Shown: positions 30,571 through 44,764 of the stretch, one piece after another
Position numbering within the stretch: position 1 is the stretch's first letter
How the letters are laid out: every line of letters starts with the position of its first letter
DNA from: Callorhinchus milii
Taxonomy: Eukaryota
DNA length: 64,000 nt
Direction: 5' to 3'
Assembly (NCBI RefSeq): GCF_018977255.1
Contig: NW_024704743.1
Span: 95,296,001 to 95,360,000 of the forward strand
Notes under the pieces: generated by a model
What the model was told of the DNA's origin: nothing
What the model saw: the letters and a program-made list of their open reading frames with translations, nothing else
Databases searched by the model: none
Translations under genes and position numbers: made by a program

Positions 30571-32529
30571 ACAACTCATATATTTTTCCAATTAACAGGG
30601 TTTAATGTTTTACTTTAAGTGGGTGGGGTTAGAATAAAGTGATAGAATGGTGGTATGTTTCTGGAGAACAGGATGGGAACTTCCAGCCAGGCATTCCATA
30701 TTTGTCTTGGTTTCATTCACCATTCCATCAGACTTCCATCAAAACCCTGCTTTTCATAACCTCATTAATTACACTGTTTTTTCCTCCCTTAAAGTGGCGC
30801 AGTGGACTTTCAAGAATTTGCATTAATAAAATCATGAATAAGCAGGATGTTTTCGATGGCATGAATCAAACGTATTTTCAGAGATCTCATGGGGAATGCT
30901 CTTGATGAAAACATTTATTAAAGACTTTGCCTTGAGGAAGTGGTGCGATTCCAGGCTAATTTGTGGATCCAAGTGAACATGTTATTTCTTCAGAGTTATA
31001 TAATGCTTTAAGCCTTGAATTGTTCAATGCATTACTTGGCATGGGGGGATATTTCATTTTATCTTAATATAATGCGTACAAACGGATTCTTTCTTTCAGG
31101 TCCTGCTGTGGCATGTATCATCCAACTTACCCAGAGCAACAGCAGACAAAATGCTCCCAGGCTTTTGTTGATTCGACTGTAGAGGGCATCACAAACCTAA
31201 GGAATTCAAAGGAGGTTGAAAAAGAGAATGAACTGAAGATAGGGGAACATATTAAATGGGTACTTTCTAGAGGTTTTTAATCAGGGAGGACACCAAAAAC
31301 AGGGACCCCAATACTTCTACACCACCACCCTTCCTCCATCACCATCTTTCTGACCTGAACGGCACTATACACAGGTTAACTGTATATGGTAAAATGGCAG
31401 AGAGAAATGATTAAATGATCTGCCAATAATAAACTGACAGAACAGGCTCTGTGGGCTGAATGACCTACTCTGCCCCCTTTGTTAGAGTCACTAAGTGTGG
31501 TATGAATGTGGTCCAGTGCCTTGTCCTAAAATTCAGATGTGCTATTGCTATTCGATGTCCAACCCCACCACTGTGCAGTGCTCCAAGTCGCTATCCTATG
31601 TGAAGGGCACTATATAAATGCAAGTTTTATTACTGGCTTATGGTTAAATAAACAGATAATTTATTACCACATAAACCTGAAAGCTTACTTACTATTGGGT
31701 GAGCTGCCACTGGTAAAACACCTGCTACCTGTACTGGGGTCATAGCACTTACCATTAAAGAAATCAACAAAAAAGGAATGGGAATTAAATTCCATTCATG
31801 TTTGTAGGATAATGTTGTGCTGTGCTCACCTACAAAATACAATCATCACACCTTATAGCAACTCCCGTGAAGCGTTTGAGATATTTTCTTAATGTGAAGG
31901 ATACATTACCAAATGCAAGAATCATTTTTTATTATTTATTATGAAATGTAATAAAGATTAAATAACTTGTGGCTTTATTTTTTGTGATAAGTATTTCTAA
32001 TTAGAATGCTTGAAGTGGCAGTTTTATCTCTAAAAGAATAGAATTGCATATCATTAAATGATAAGGAGTAACAGGAGTTCCCTTGTAAGTCAAGCAAGAT
32101 TCCAGAAGAGCCACAATATTTTATAGGTTGTCACAAAGTGTTGGCCTTGTGTAATAATATTTAAAACAATTGTGGGAATAAGGAAGCTTATGGAACAAGC
32201 TGATATTTGAGTTGGCAAAAATGAGTCATGCAGACCTACCTGTGTTGGAACAAATCAGTTTGACAGAGTTAAGTTTAAAATGAAATATGAATAATAATCC
32301 TTGTATTTGATCTAATTCTTTATCACACCATCAAGATTTCTCAAAGCACTTCATAGCAATTTCTTTTAAGTATAGTGACTGTGTATTTTTAAGGCAAATG
32401 TCTTAAATTGCATTGTGCTACATTTAACTTATCAAATACTGAATTTTCTTAAGAACCATTTGTGTATTTCTTCATCATCTGCTTTTGCACGAGTAGCAGA
32501 TTACACCTATGGGTTTCAGAGTTGTACTT

Positions 32530-32810
32530 AGAACCGTAGAATTTAACAGCACAGAATGAGATCTTGCTGCCCATCAACATCTATGCTGGTTCTCTGAAAG
32601 ACCTATGTGTTTAGTTTCATACTCCTGCCTTTTCCTCATACCCTTGTAAATTTCTCCTTTTCAAATATTGATTTAGTTTCCTTTTAAAAGATTATATGGA
32701 TTCTGCCTCAACTATGGTTTCAGATAGGGTATTCTATACCCTAGCATCTCTCCATCTAAAAGCAATTCTAACCTCTCCTTTTCCTCTTTGATAACTGCCT
32801 TAAATCCATT
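32530..32810 (-). mobile_element. CR1 LINE 3' fragment, old
   Basis: Homologous to the 3' UTR of 51603-52458. Confidence 0.6.
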
Positions 32811-34297
32811 CCCTCAGCAACCCCAATGGTCCAGTATACATTACAAACCGGGAGCTCACTGGTTTGTATTTGCTGATCACAGTTGAGGTAGTAATGGGAG
32901 GTTAAATTGGCTTTAGCATCCAAATGTTAGGAAGAGGAAAGCTAGCCAAGGTAGTCTCTGTTCCTGGTCTCTCTAGAGTACCCTCTGCTGGTTGTTTGCT
33001 TCTTTGGCAGCTGGGTGAGGAAAGGTTAGGCTTGGCTGTGTTGCATCATTATTCAGTATTATACATTTCTAGCACTGCCTCTTTGCTATTATTTTCTATG
33101 CCACTGATTTATAACTCCAATGTTACCATATGTGAAGGGTGCTAGATAAATGCTAGTTGTTGTTTTTGTTGTAACTCATATCTGTCTCAGTGAGGTAGTG
33201 TTGTGTGCAGGGAAAATAACTAATGGAAAAATCCCATACTAGGTCATGCAAGCTTGCTTCCCCATCACCACTGTAGGGTATGTAGGACCAACATAGGAAA
33301 TTAGCAATAGAAGACCAGTTGACCTGTCAAGCCCACTCCACTACAGACCACTTACAAACTACAACCAATGTCGCCCTGCCTTCCTGCTATGCTTTCACTG
33401 TATCCATCTCTCACACGCCTCAATACATTTCTCATCTGTGGCTTTCTGGGCACTGTATTCCAGATTCTTATTATGCTTTCTGAGAAGAATATTTTCCTAA
33501 CTTGTTTTGCTCTGATTTTAAGCTCACATCTTCTTGTAACTAATTGACACTGTGTGGGCTGTGCTCTTTTCCCTAACCAAGTAGAAATACAGTAACTATG
33601 GGTTGAATTGAAGTCGTGTTGAAAAAGTATATGATGCACAAGGTTAAAGAGAGAAAATGTAACCCAAGCTGCTGATGTAATTATTATTTACACTATAAAG
33701 ATATGATTTCAGTATTGTTCTAAAGTGTGGAAAAGAACTGAGCATTGTACAATAGTATCCACTTTCCTCACCACTGAGGTATAGTCCATGGAAAAGGAGT
33801 GGCTATGCTCCTCCGAGATCAGAATATATAGCAAAGGAAGAGAGGAAATGGCAGCCTCAGCTCCTCTCAGACTCTTTGTTGCCTAGTCAATAATGGATGA
33901 AGTTCATTCAATTGAAGTGCTAAACATATCTAGCCATAGGGCTGTCGAGAGTCTGCAGCTTTTAGTAAGCTGTCATGCATAGTGTTCCTCTTTTGTTGTT
34001 TGAACAAAACATGCTGTGGTTTTTACTGCATATTCTTTCAGGCAAATATCAAGACATATCAATATCCATATTATATAATAATAACATTTGGTGTAGCACC
34101 TTATCACATCGTTACGACATCTCAAAGTGCTTCTCAGGATATACTGTAAAGTAATGTAATTGTGCATATTTTGTGGGCGAACGAGGGCAGCCAATTTGCA
34201 CACAGCATTGTCCCACAAACAGCCATTAAACGGCTTAATGCAAATACTTATTAATAACGTAGATGACACAACACAACAAAGATTAACTATTAAATGA

Positions 34298-34430
34298 AAC
34301 GCAAAATACTTCAGCTGCTGGAAATCTGAAACAAAAACATAGATCGCTGGGAACACTCAGCAGGTCAGGCAATATCTATGGAGAAAAGAAAGTGACTCAA
34401 TGTTTCGGGTCCATGACCCTTTGTCAGAAC
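34298..34430 (-). mobile_element. Penelope-like element terminal (pLTR) fragment with a decayed hammerhead motif
   Basis: Minus strand CTGACAAAGGGTCATGGACCCGAAACATT followed by ...CTGACCTGCTGAGTGTTCCCAGC...TTTCAGATTTCCAGC, resembling shark Penelope ends. Confidence 0.55.
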
Positions 34431-35687
34431 ATCCCAGATTAACCAATGCTGTCAGTAAGAAATTCTATTGCAGATAATACATTTGATTTCATTTCTCGTT
34501 TTTTTTTCCTTGGCTGGTATAATAATTTTTATGAAACAAACATTTTCTCATCCTCATTCTCATTTTACTCCTCTTCTAAAAGTGAGTGTTTGCCTCACAG
34601 TGAGAATGTTTTCATGGGCATCAGTTCTTCTTCAGCAGCTGCCCACAATCTGCCAGATAAAATTGGTCCCTCGTTTCATGGGGGATATTGTTTGTAGTGC
34701 ATTTCTGTTATTAAATTGGCTGCTGTTTCGATCAAAAAAGTTAATATACTTCACAGTGCTTTGACATCCTCCTGATGTGAAAGGTGCTACACCAAAATGT
34801 AAGGATTATTATTATTATTATTACCTCACTAAGTGGCAAATATTCCTGTCAGAGCTTTGACAGGGAGTGTAGAAAAAGTATTTGAATTCAGGAGGCATTT
34901 CTGTTCAAACTTTTCCTGGCATTCCCCAAACTCCATGTATTTGCATGAACCAGCAGGGGTCCCCGGACATTGATCACACATGGGAACCTAAGTTGATTTT
35001 CCTCATCTCTAACCCAGCATAGGCCAGGGATTCAACTTGTTACCTCCCTGATCTGCAAAACCCAACAACTCATTGGGTAAACATGCTGAAACAGCAGTGG
35101 AGCATAAAGTTTCTGCTTTAAATATCTACATTCCCTTTAACGGCTGCCTCCACGCAGCCAAACAATAGCTCATACCTTTTAATATGGCAGAAGAACAGAG
35201 ATTCTTCATTCAGTAGAAGCTTGTGAAATATGTCCAAGAGCTACAGATTTGGATTCCAGATCCATTCTTTAACATCCGTAGATATGTTGGACGAAAAGTG
35301 TGTTATGCACCTACTTTAAACACTGTATTTATTGAGTCACCTATTTCTTTCCAAGGAGATACCTCCTGATTGTTACAAGATACAGTAACACATAAATCTC
35401 ATTATGGGACCTCTTCCTCAAGAGGACAAATAAATGGTCTGGGGATTGCCAGAATGAACAATGCTGGACAGAATTGCTGTCCTGGACTATGTCTGTGATT
35501 TGACGGACTTGTTGAGTCAAGTCACGTCATGCCTTGCCAGGCTAAGAATTTTGTGTTGCCTGATGTAAGTGATTGAACTCTGCTCACCCCCACAACCACT
35601 TTCTTGTATACCAGGATAATACGTTTCCTGCAATATTTTAGGAAGGTTTATTCTGATGACTAACTGCCTGAAAGATAATCTATATAA

Positions 35688-35885
35688 ACAACAACAAACT
35701 ACATTTGTAAAGCGCCTTTCACGTCAGGAAGACGTCCCAATATGTTGGACAGTCAGGGATCCACATCCGAGCTGGTGGTTGGGATCAGGAGGAGTGTAGG
35801 ATGGGAAGGGTAGGAGAGTAACTGAAGGCACTGTCGAAGAGGAAGTTCTTGAAATGGATCTTGAAGGAGGCAAGGGAGGGGGCAA
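35688..35885 (-). mobile_element. L2-type LINE 3' end
   Basis: (CAA)n tail and the GCGCCTTTCACGTCAGGAAGACGTCCCAA motif. Confidence 0.7.
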
Positions 35886-37567
35886 ATTAAATTAAATTAG
35901 CCTCAAGGCAGAAAATCCTCCCCCACCTGTATGTAACATGAGGGAAGCTGCGCAGAATCATCTATTCAGAATCTGTGTTTTTATAGAAATATTTAATCAG
36001 TTTGTTCATATAAAGATACAATGTTTTTTTGTTGGAACTTCCTGTTTAACAGAAAGATATGCACAAGTTCTACAGAGGTGATACAATATAGGGTTTTCTG
36101 TTATAGATGAGCCGGAGGAAAAATCAAATTAAATGTTTTGTCTAATTTTAAATGAGATTAGGTTTGGAGGTGCTGAATTTCAGATAATACGTTAATCTGA
36201 GGTCCTGTGTAGTGAGTTTCTCCTGGTGTCCTGCCAAATAATCTCCCAAATAAAATTGATCATTCACTTCATGTCTGTTTGTGGGTCATTGCTGTGCACA
36301 AGTTAGCTGCTGTGTTTGCCTACAAAATATACAATCACTACACTTCACACACATCCTGTGAAGCACACTAAGATGTTCTCCTGACATAAAAGGTGTTATA
36401 TCAAATATAAGGTATATTATTAACATATACCTAGAATTATAGGAAGCAATTTATCCACCACAATTGAAACATAAGTGCATGTTTCTTATTTTTATGAAAC
36501 TGTTATGAGAATCAATCCCATGGCATAATGTCAATAATTGTTGCTTTTTATATAGAACCTATTATGTAAAAATGGCTTCATGCACTTTAGAGTAATTATT
36601 GTAAGTATTAATTATACATTTGTAGATAAACATCACAGTAAATCTGTATACAATAATATCCCACAAACAGCCAGCAGGTTCAATAATTATTCTACCTGTA
36701 GGAATGTTGGCCAGAATATTGGGAGAAGTTCCCTTTTAATTTCTAATAACGCCATGGGATCTTTAATGTCTCTTTTTAGTAAGTCCATTTTGTTTTCTAA
36801 TTTCCTCCCCACAGGCACATACCTCAGCTTCTTGTCCGGCCACCACTTGCTGGGAGTGGATAGTTCCATCAACGCTGGTTGTATCCAATGCAGCGTTCAA
36901 GTGGCCAATGTTCACACGTGGGCCTTGGCCGTAAGTGTTGACAACCACTCAACTATAGAATGCGTCAAACCTGACATCACCCCACCACAGACACATACAT
37001 CAGTAGAGGTGCTGTAAAGGGACCTGTAAAGACAACAAGTGCAGTAAATATGGTTGATTTTTTTCCTTCCGTAATCCTGGGTAGGCCAGGGCAATTTAGC
37101 CTCCCAGGCAGCTCTAGCTGACACCAGCAAATTCAGAATAATAATATAATAATCCTTGCATTTGATATAACGCCTTAGCATGTCATTGAGACGTCTCAAA
37201 GCACTTCATAGAATATACTTTAAAGTTTAGTGACTGCACTGTGTATTTTGAAGGCAAATGGATTTGAATCAGTGAGCTCCGAATCTGTAAGATGCAACAA
37301 GAACAACTTGCATTTGTATAATGCCCTTCACGTGGGGTGCCCTTCAGAGTGCTCGGAGATGCAGCACTATCCACCACCACTGGGACTGCCCTTTAAGATC
37401 TCATTTGAAGGACAACATTACTGACAAGGTAGCACTCCCCCAGTTCTGCACTGGAGTGCTGACCTTGAGTGTGAGATGATGGGACTTGGATCGACACCTT
37501 GTGACCAAAAGAAAAGTGTGCCGTCATATCTCAAACTGATTCAAATATATATGTATGTATATTGATA

Positions 37568-38115
37568 TAGAATCATAGAATTATACAGCATAGAAGGAGG
37601 CCGTTTAGCCCTTTGTATCTGTGCCAGCTCTTTGAAAAGAGCTATCCAATTCAATCCCATTCCCCCACTCTCTCCCCATTAGCACTGCAAACTTGTCCAC
37701 CCCAAATAATTATAATAATAATAATAATCCTTGCATTTGATATAGCGCTTTTCACGTCGGGAGGATGTCCCAAAGCTCTTCACAGAATATACTGTAAGTG
37801 AATTGACTGTATATTTGTGGGCGAACACGGCAGCCAATTGCGCACAGCAGTGTCCCACAAACAGTCGTGGATTGAAAATGACCAATTTATTATTGCTTTA
37901 TTTTTTTAGAGGGATTATTATTAGGCGTGTGGAGTAAGGAAACTTGCCCAAGGTTTCGCCCTGCCTGGAATTGAACTCAGGTCTCTCACTTGCAAAGCGA
38001 GTGCTCTAACCACTGAGCTACAGCTACAGCTGCATATCTACTCCCTTAAGAGTTGTTATGGAGTCGGCTTCCACCACCCTTTCAGGCAATGCCTTCCAGA
38101 TCCAAACAACTCGGA
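37568..38115 (-). mobile_element. CR1 3' end interrupted by a nested SINE
   Basis: ATAGAATCATAGAA tail; the sequence either side of the SINE is collinear with ~51603-51830. Confidence 0.8.
37712..38023 (-). mobile_element. Young tRNA-Ala-headed SINE, near full length
   Basis: Reverse complement of 50622-50940 with high identity. Confidence 0.9.

Positions 38116-38153
<38 letters not shown>
38116..38153. repeat. (TG)n(AG)n microsatellite
   Basis: Seen directly. Confidence 0.95.
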
Positions 38154-38159
<6 letters not shown>

Positions 38160-40415
38160 ATGTGTGGGGGGTGGGGGCGGGCTGGTGAACTGAGCAGGAC
38201 AAAGCGGAGGGGGAAAAACAGCTAAAAAGGAAGAACAACGAGCAAGAAGAATGGAACTCCAAATATAAGGAAGGAGTACCAGATAGAAGAGGAACAATTC
38301 CTCCCCCCTTCCCCTACAAGAACACCAGATGATAGTAATGTTAAACAAGTGATAGAAAAGATAGCAACAGAGGACTCAATGGGAAGTAGACAGTTTTGAG
38401 GAACTGAACTGTACTGAAATGGAAATGCTAAAGCAATATGTGTGCCATATGGTGATGGAAACAAGATTGTTGCCCAACCAAACAATGGAACGGTGGACAT
38501 TGAAAGTGTTTGTAAGAATTGTGCTGTATTTTTATCTCACACGTGTGAGTGACTCATAGGGATTTTGAGGTTCTGGTAATGTGCCCAGCAAGCACAGAAT
38601 TCTCAATCAACCTTTTTTTTCTGGCCTGATATAAAGTGTGGAGCCAGAGGTATAAACCTGACTTCTCGCTTCACATACTATAATAACAATAATACTGCCA
38701 GAATCGAAGTTGCTTCTCTCCCAGCAATATAAAAATACCATTACTTAACATGAGTCATGTAGAATAATGTACATTCTCTATCCCAACAATTTGTATTAAC
38801 TTTAAAACCTCAAGAAAGGAGTCAGCCTGCAGCTCTCCCATCAGATTGCCAACTTGTGCTGAATTAAGGCAGTTTTGTGTTCAGGACACATGCTCAATAG
38901 GAAGTGAGTGAAAATGAGAAACTTAATGTACATTCATTTTTCAAAGAATGAATCAATGCTACATTAACCCTTTAGACTTCTGGCAGCTTCAGGGAACTAT
39001 GAGTATCTGTGGGCGTTGGATATTTCCACTCTAATGCTAAATGAAAGATTAATATCATTTAGTAAATACACTCAGATGTCAGAAAATGTGCCCTCTACTG
39101 AAATAGATAGTTTGAGAGCTATTTTAAACAAAAATATATTCAACCCTTTTATATCTGCTCACATTGTCCACCTCTTCCCTTATTGGAGCCATCTCAGCTT
39201 CAAAGAGACCCTACTTACCTAACGGCACCCCACCCACCCAGCCCCCACCACCCTTTTTCCCCTGAGTACAGGTACTTGTCCTTCATTTGATAAATGTAAA
39301 GTTCAAGTTTGAGCCTTCACTAGGTGAAGGTAGTGAGAACATTGTGTGAGAGCATTGCCACCATCTTCCTACTCATAATTTGGACACATCCCTATCCATG
39401 GATGAGTCATGGTACTACCAGTTGCAAGTGTGAAATGTGAAGCTGCTTACCACTCTGCATACAAAACAAGGTAGATTCAAAGCCCTGGATGTAGGTGATT
39501 CTGTGAATATTTGAAAGAAGATAGAGAGGAAAGATGACCATTGGGTGCGACTGTCTATTGTATTAAGCCATGCCCACTGACGACAGTGCACAATCCATAA
39601 ATACCAGCAGAGTACAAATATCGTTGCTTAGTAACACCCATGAACACATGAATTAAATCCATAAATAACTCAACACATTTTTGGAATAATAAGGAAAAAC
39701 AGCAGATTGGGAGATGCTTTGCAAAAACTATGCAAAACATTCATGGCATGTTGTTTTCTATGTAATCTAGGCAGATGCTATGCCATCAGTTTGGATATAC
39801 CTGAGGAAGCTCAGTACCTTAGCTACATTAACCATGTTACCCAGTTGATCTGTTCGTGCAAAACCAACCATCCGGATAGACATTATCTGTGGTCTCTCTC
39901 CTTCACGCCTTTCACATAGAGCAGTGGTGACCAATCTTTTTGGTTGTCCAACAAAATAAATGTTTCTTCATTGAGTATTTCTTGATTTATGGCTATAAAT
40001 CTATACTATTTTGTTATTTCTTTGATTATTTTGTTGGCCAACCACCACTGATATAGAGTAACACCTTGGGGCACTCTACAGAGACAATGCCAGGCAATGG
40101 GGGGGATGAAGGAACAGGCAGGTTTTTTGGCAAGTTTTATAATAATCTAATATTTATTCCTTGATACAGCATTTTATTATACCATTCAGACATCTCAAAA
40201 GGATTCACAGGAATATACTATAAAATGTAATAACTGCATTTTGTAGGTGAACGTAGCAGCCAATTTATTCACAGAAAATGAAAAACATGCTGAAAAAGTG
40301 CTTGAATCAAGAGAATATAACAGTAAACAATGACATTTATAGTACCAGAAAACTAAACCGAGCCTTCTTTCAGGACACAGCTGATCTCTTAGTTTGTATC
40401 TATTGTAACAGCCTA

Positions 40416-41205
40416 TACAACAACAACAACATTACATTTGTAGAGTGCCTTTCACATCGGGAGGATGTCCCAAAGCACTGAACCGTCAGGTGTCGGGGCC
40501 CAAGCATGGGGGAGGGGTGGTGTAGGGATGAGAGAAAGCGGAGAGGCGGGAGGGAGACCAAAGGCACAGTCAAAGAGAAGGGTCTTGAGACCGGCCTTGA
40601 AGGAGGCAAGGAGGAAGCGAAGTGAAGTGACCATGGGTTGGCGTTCCAGAGTGTGGGGGCAGAGAGGCTGAAAGCCCGGCCACCGAAGATAGGGCGGGTC
40701 GGGCGGGAGACATGGAGCAGGCCGGAGCCCAATGAATGGAGGGAACGGGCAGGTTGGTAGGGAGTCAGCAGGTCAGAGAGTTAGGAGTGGGCAAGGCCAT
40801 GGATGGCCTTAAAGGTGAGGACGAGGATCTTGAACTCGTTCCTCTGGGGGATGGGGAGACAGTGGAGTTGGGCGAGGGTGGGAATGATGGGGTCACGGAG
40901 CCTGGTGTGTGAAAGTACACGAGCTGCAGAGTTTTGGATGATCTGCAGCTTGTGAAGGGAAGAGTTGCGAAGGCCAATGAGGAGGGAGTTCCCGTAATCG
41001 AGCCTTGATGTGACGAATGCGTGGGTGAGGGTTTGGGCAGCCTGAGGGGTGAGGCAATGGCGGAGTCTGGCAATGTTGCGGAGATGATGGTAGGCAATGC
41101 CGGTCATGGCGCGGATGTGGGGGAGAAAGGACAGTTCAGGGTCAAACAAGATACCTTGGTTCCTGACTGGCTGAGTGTGCAGCTGTGGATGCTGATGCTG
41201 CCAGC
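40416..41205 (-). mobile_element. L2-type LINE fragment (RT C-terminus plus 3' UTR)
   Basis: FDPELSFLPHI...HAFVTSRLDYGNSLL.GL....LHKLQIIQNSAARVL...FKILVLTFKAIHGLA; (CAA)n tail. Confidence 0.92.
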
Positions 41206-42739
41206 GCCATTTACGAAATTATATTCATGTGTTCTATTCAGTGTTGTTTAAATGTAGATGAAAATGAGAGAGCCTAGTAGTGGGAACTTATTTTACTCAA
41301 ATATTTATAAATCATTTGCCACTCCTTCCCCCCACTCCAGAAAAATCTAAGTGTAGTGCGTATTACATGTTTATGTTTAACTGCTCTTTTTGTATTAAAA
41401 AAAAGCTAATTTGAAATATGCACATATTCCATTGTGGATTTCCACTCAGGAATGTTAGAGCTGGGAGATGAGAGTATGTTTAGCTCTCAGTATTAGCATC
41501 AAACATATACAGTCATTTCACTTTACAGTATATTCTGTGAATCACTTTGATATGTCTCAACAACGTGACAAGACACTATATCAAGTGCAAGGATTATTAT
41601 TATTATCAACTTCTCTCAAGTTAAATACCACTTATATGTTAGATACAGAAAAGATCTATCCACAATAATATCTCTGTATATGATCACTTGATTACACCTG
41701 TAGATGTTTTAATTTCCCGTATTGGCCATACGTATACTCACTCTGCATGAGATGAACGTAAGAAAGTTTAGAATTAGATTGCTTTTTGGTCAGCCGTGTG
41801 TCTGACACACGTGGAAACCATTTACCATGTTTTAGACTAGAGTATCCAACCCAAACTGAGAATTCCATGCACCCCCACATACAAATGGAAATAGAATGAG
41901 AAAAAGCTATCCAGCCTCCCAAATCCATTCTAGAGTTAGTAAAGCCTGGGGGAAAGTTATTCAGAGATATTCCTAATCCCTCCAAAATATTTAACCAAAC
42001 ACAAATCGCCCCTATTCTATCCTGGGACCCTTCCTTTCCTTGCAGCAGTACAAAATTCACTCAGACTGCACCTCTCCCTATTATGTTCATCAGCAGATAC
42101 TTTGTCAGTTGTTTTCTGACTAAGAATGTAGCATTAATTTTGTTGGGAGGCTGTCTCACGTATTACTATTATCTGTGAAACTTTAAAAAATGACTGTGTC
42201 TCTCCCATGTGAGGGGCTTTTTAAAATATTCATAAACCGATGCCCTCCAGTAAACAGGCAGGATTTTAGGCTAAAAGTTTCTTTTGTTTTCCTATGTCAA
42301 AGCCAACCCACTTTCTTCAAACCACACCATATCACCTTACGTAGGTGCAAGAAATGTGATAGTTTATTATGGACACCATGACACAACAGCGTATCCAGGA
42401 AACTGCTAACGCCCAATACATCAGTAAAAACAAGAGTACTTCTTTGTGAGGAGCTTTCCATCCGGTGGCACAACAATTGAGCTGTACTGGTTTACACTGC
42501 GTAAGTCAATAATGATATTCATGGCCTTCATTTTCCATAGTATTACATTCATTCATGTGGTATACAGTTATCTCATGCAGGTTGCACCCCTTAATAAATG
42601 TACCATAATATGATATAGTGACTTTCACATTGGGAAGACCTCTCAAAAAGCTTCACAGGATTTACTGTACATTATGTAGGTAAATAACATGAAGTGAATG
42701 ACCAATGTTATCTGCAGGATTGTTGCCAGTACATATTTG

Positions 42740-43140
42740 GGAGAATGTCCTAAAGCGCCTCAAATAATATATTGTAAATTGGTGTGTGTGTTTTATCGGT
42801 AAACGCAGTAGCCAATTTTAGCCAATTTTGTGCACAGCAGTGTCCCACAAATAGCCATGGAGTGAAAGACCAATTTTATTTGGTGGTTTGTTGGCCAGGA
42901 CATTGGGAAAAACTCCCTTCTCTTTTCGAATAGTGCCAGGGGATCTTTAACATCCACCTGAATAGGCAGATGAGGCCTCGGTTTAACATCTTATCCAAAG
43001 GACGGCACCTCCAGTATTGCAGCCCCCCAAAACATCATTGGAGTGCCATCTTAGACTATATGAGTTCCAAGTCCCAGTGTGGTGTTTGAACTGACAACCT
43101 TCTGACTCATTGGCGAGAGTGCTACGAACTGAGCCAGGTT
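42740..43140 (-). mobile_element. Deu-domain SINE (SacSINE1/AmnSINE1-like)
   Basis: Minus strand has a tRNA-like head followed by GGAGGTGCCGTCCTTTGGATAAGATGTTAAACCGAGGCC...CAGGTGGATGTTAAAGATCCCCTGGCACTATTCGAA, resembling the Deu core. Confidence 0.7.
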
Positions 43141-43450
43141 AATAATAATAATCCTTACATTTGATATAGCGCTTTTCACATCTTCGAGACGTCTCAAAGC
43201 GCTTCACAGAATGTACTGTAAAGTGAATTGACTGTATATTTGTGGGCGGAACTCGGCAGCCAATTGTGCACAGCAGTGTCCCACAAACAGTCATGGATTG
43301 AAAATGACCAATTTATTATTGTTTTGTTTTGGAGGGATTATTATTAGGGGTGTGGAGTAAGGAAACTTGCCCAAGGTTTCGCCCTGACCTGCCTGGAATT
43401 GAACCCAGGTCTCGCGCTTCCAAGGTGAGTCCTCTAACCACTGAGCTACA
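43141..43450 (-). mobile_element. tRNA-headed SINE
   Basis: Homologous to 50622-50940. Confidence 0.88.
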
Positions 43451-44764
43451 CATTGACACCACACCTCTGACAATACAAAGTTGCCCCAGAACTGCATTGG
43501 AGTGTCAGCCTAGACTGTGATTTCCAAGTTCCAACGTGAGGCTTGAATCTAAAACCTTCTGACTCAAAAAGGCACTGCTAGGCTTGAGCTAGGCTGACAT
43601 CTACCATAGTTTTATTTCAATCAGTGGCATTCTTACTTTATGACCAAAGATTGTGCATTCAAACCTCAGGTTGGAACCATGAGCTCACAGTTTAGGTTGA
43701 CACTCCCAAACAGTACTTGTGAAGGGCTGTATTATTCTGTCCTTTAGATGAAATATTAAACCAATATCCTGTCTGCTTATTCAGGTGTATGCTAAAGATC
43801 CAATAACACTGTTTGAGAAGGGAGTATTTCCTGGTGTCCTAGCCAACAATCCTCCAAATAATTAAATCTTTTATTGTTTGTGGGATCTCGCTGTATGCAA
43901 ATTGGTTGCTGTGCTGATCTACAAATACACAAATTCCAACGACAACTTGCATTCATATAGCTCCCTCCACACAGCACTTAAACTTTGCAGCAATTACTTA
44001 TGACATTACAGGTGCTAAGGCAAATGCAAGGATTTCAATAATTCAATTATAATATAAAATATATCAAATTCACCACGTTCACCTTTGAAATACAGAATCA
44101 CTACACTACAGTAAATCCTTAAAATTCTGTGAAGCAATTCAAGATTTCCTTCCAATGTGAAATGTGCTGTATCAAACGCAAGTATTATTATTATTTCTCT
44201 TGGCTCACATATGAAGAACACCTACTGGTGTCCAGGAACTGTATCCCAACATGAATCAGTGCCCACATACACTTGGAGTCCAGAAAACAAGATGACGCTT
44301 TTTTAAAAAAACAATAGTATGAAAAGTTGAATGCGCAACACTGAAAGGTGTGGGGGAGGGAACCTTGGTTCCCTCTGAGAATTAAGGAATAGAATTTGCA
44401 TGGCTTTGTAAACATGAAGCACAATATAAAATGCTGTAAATTTCACCCAAATGTTTTGCTATAGTATAAACAAATGCATTTCAATGTGCCGTGAGGACTT
44501 GATTTTGCCTATTAGGTGCAGCTGGCTCATGAAGATTAAGTCAATAAAACCTGGTCAATCCAGTAGCTAGACAATACCCCAGCATATTTACCAGTAATCA
44601 CTAACAATTACCACAAGCTACTGCTTCCCCACCTAGTCATTAAGGCAGACAAGATTTTCTATTTCCCCAGTGGCACACAGTTCCAGCTCTGCCTCCATCG
44701 ATATTTTGCTATTTTCTGCAAATCTTTTTGGGTTTTGTGGAAAACAGACTTCCGTGTTACAAGA

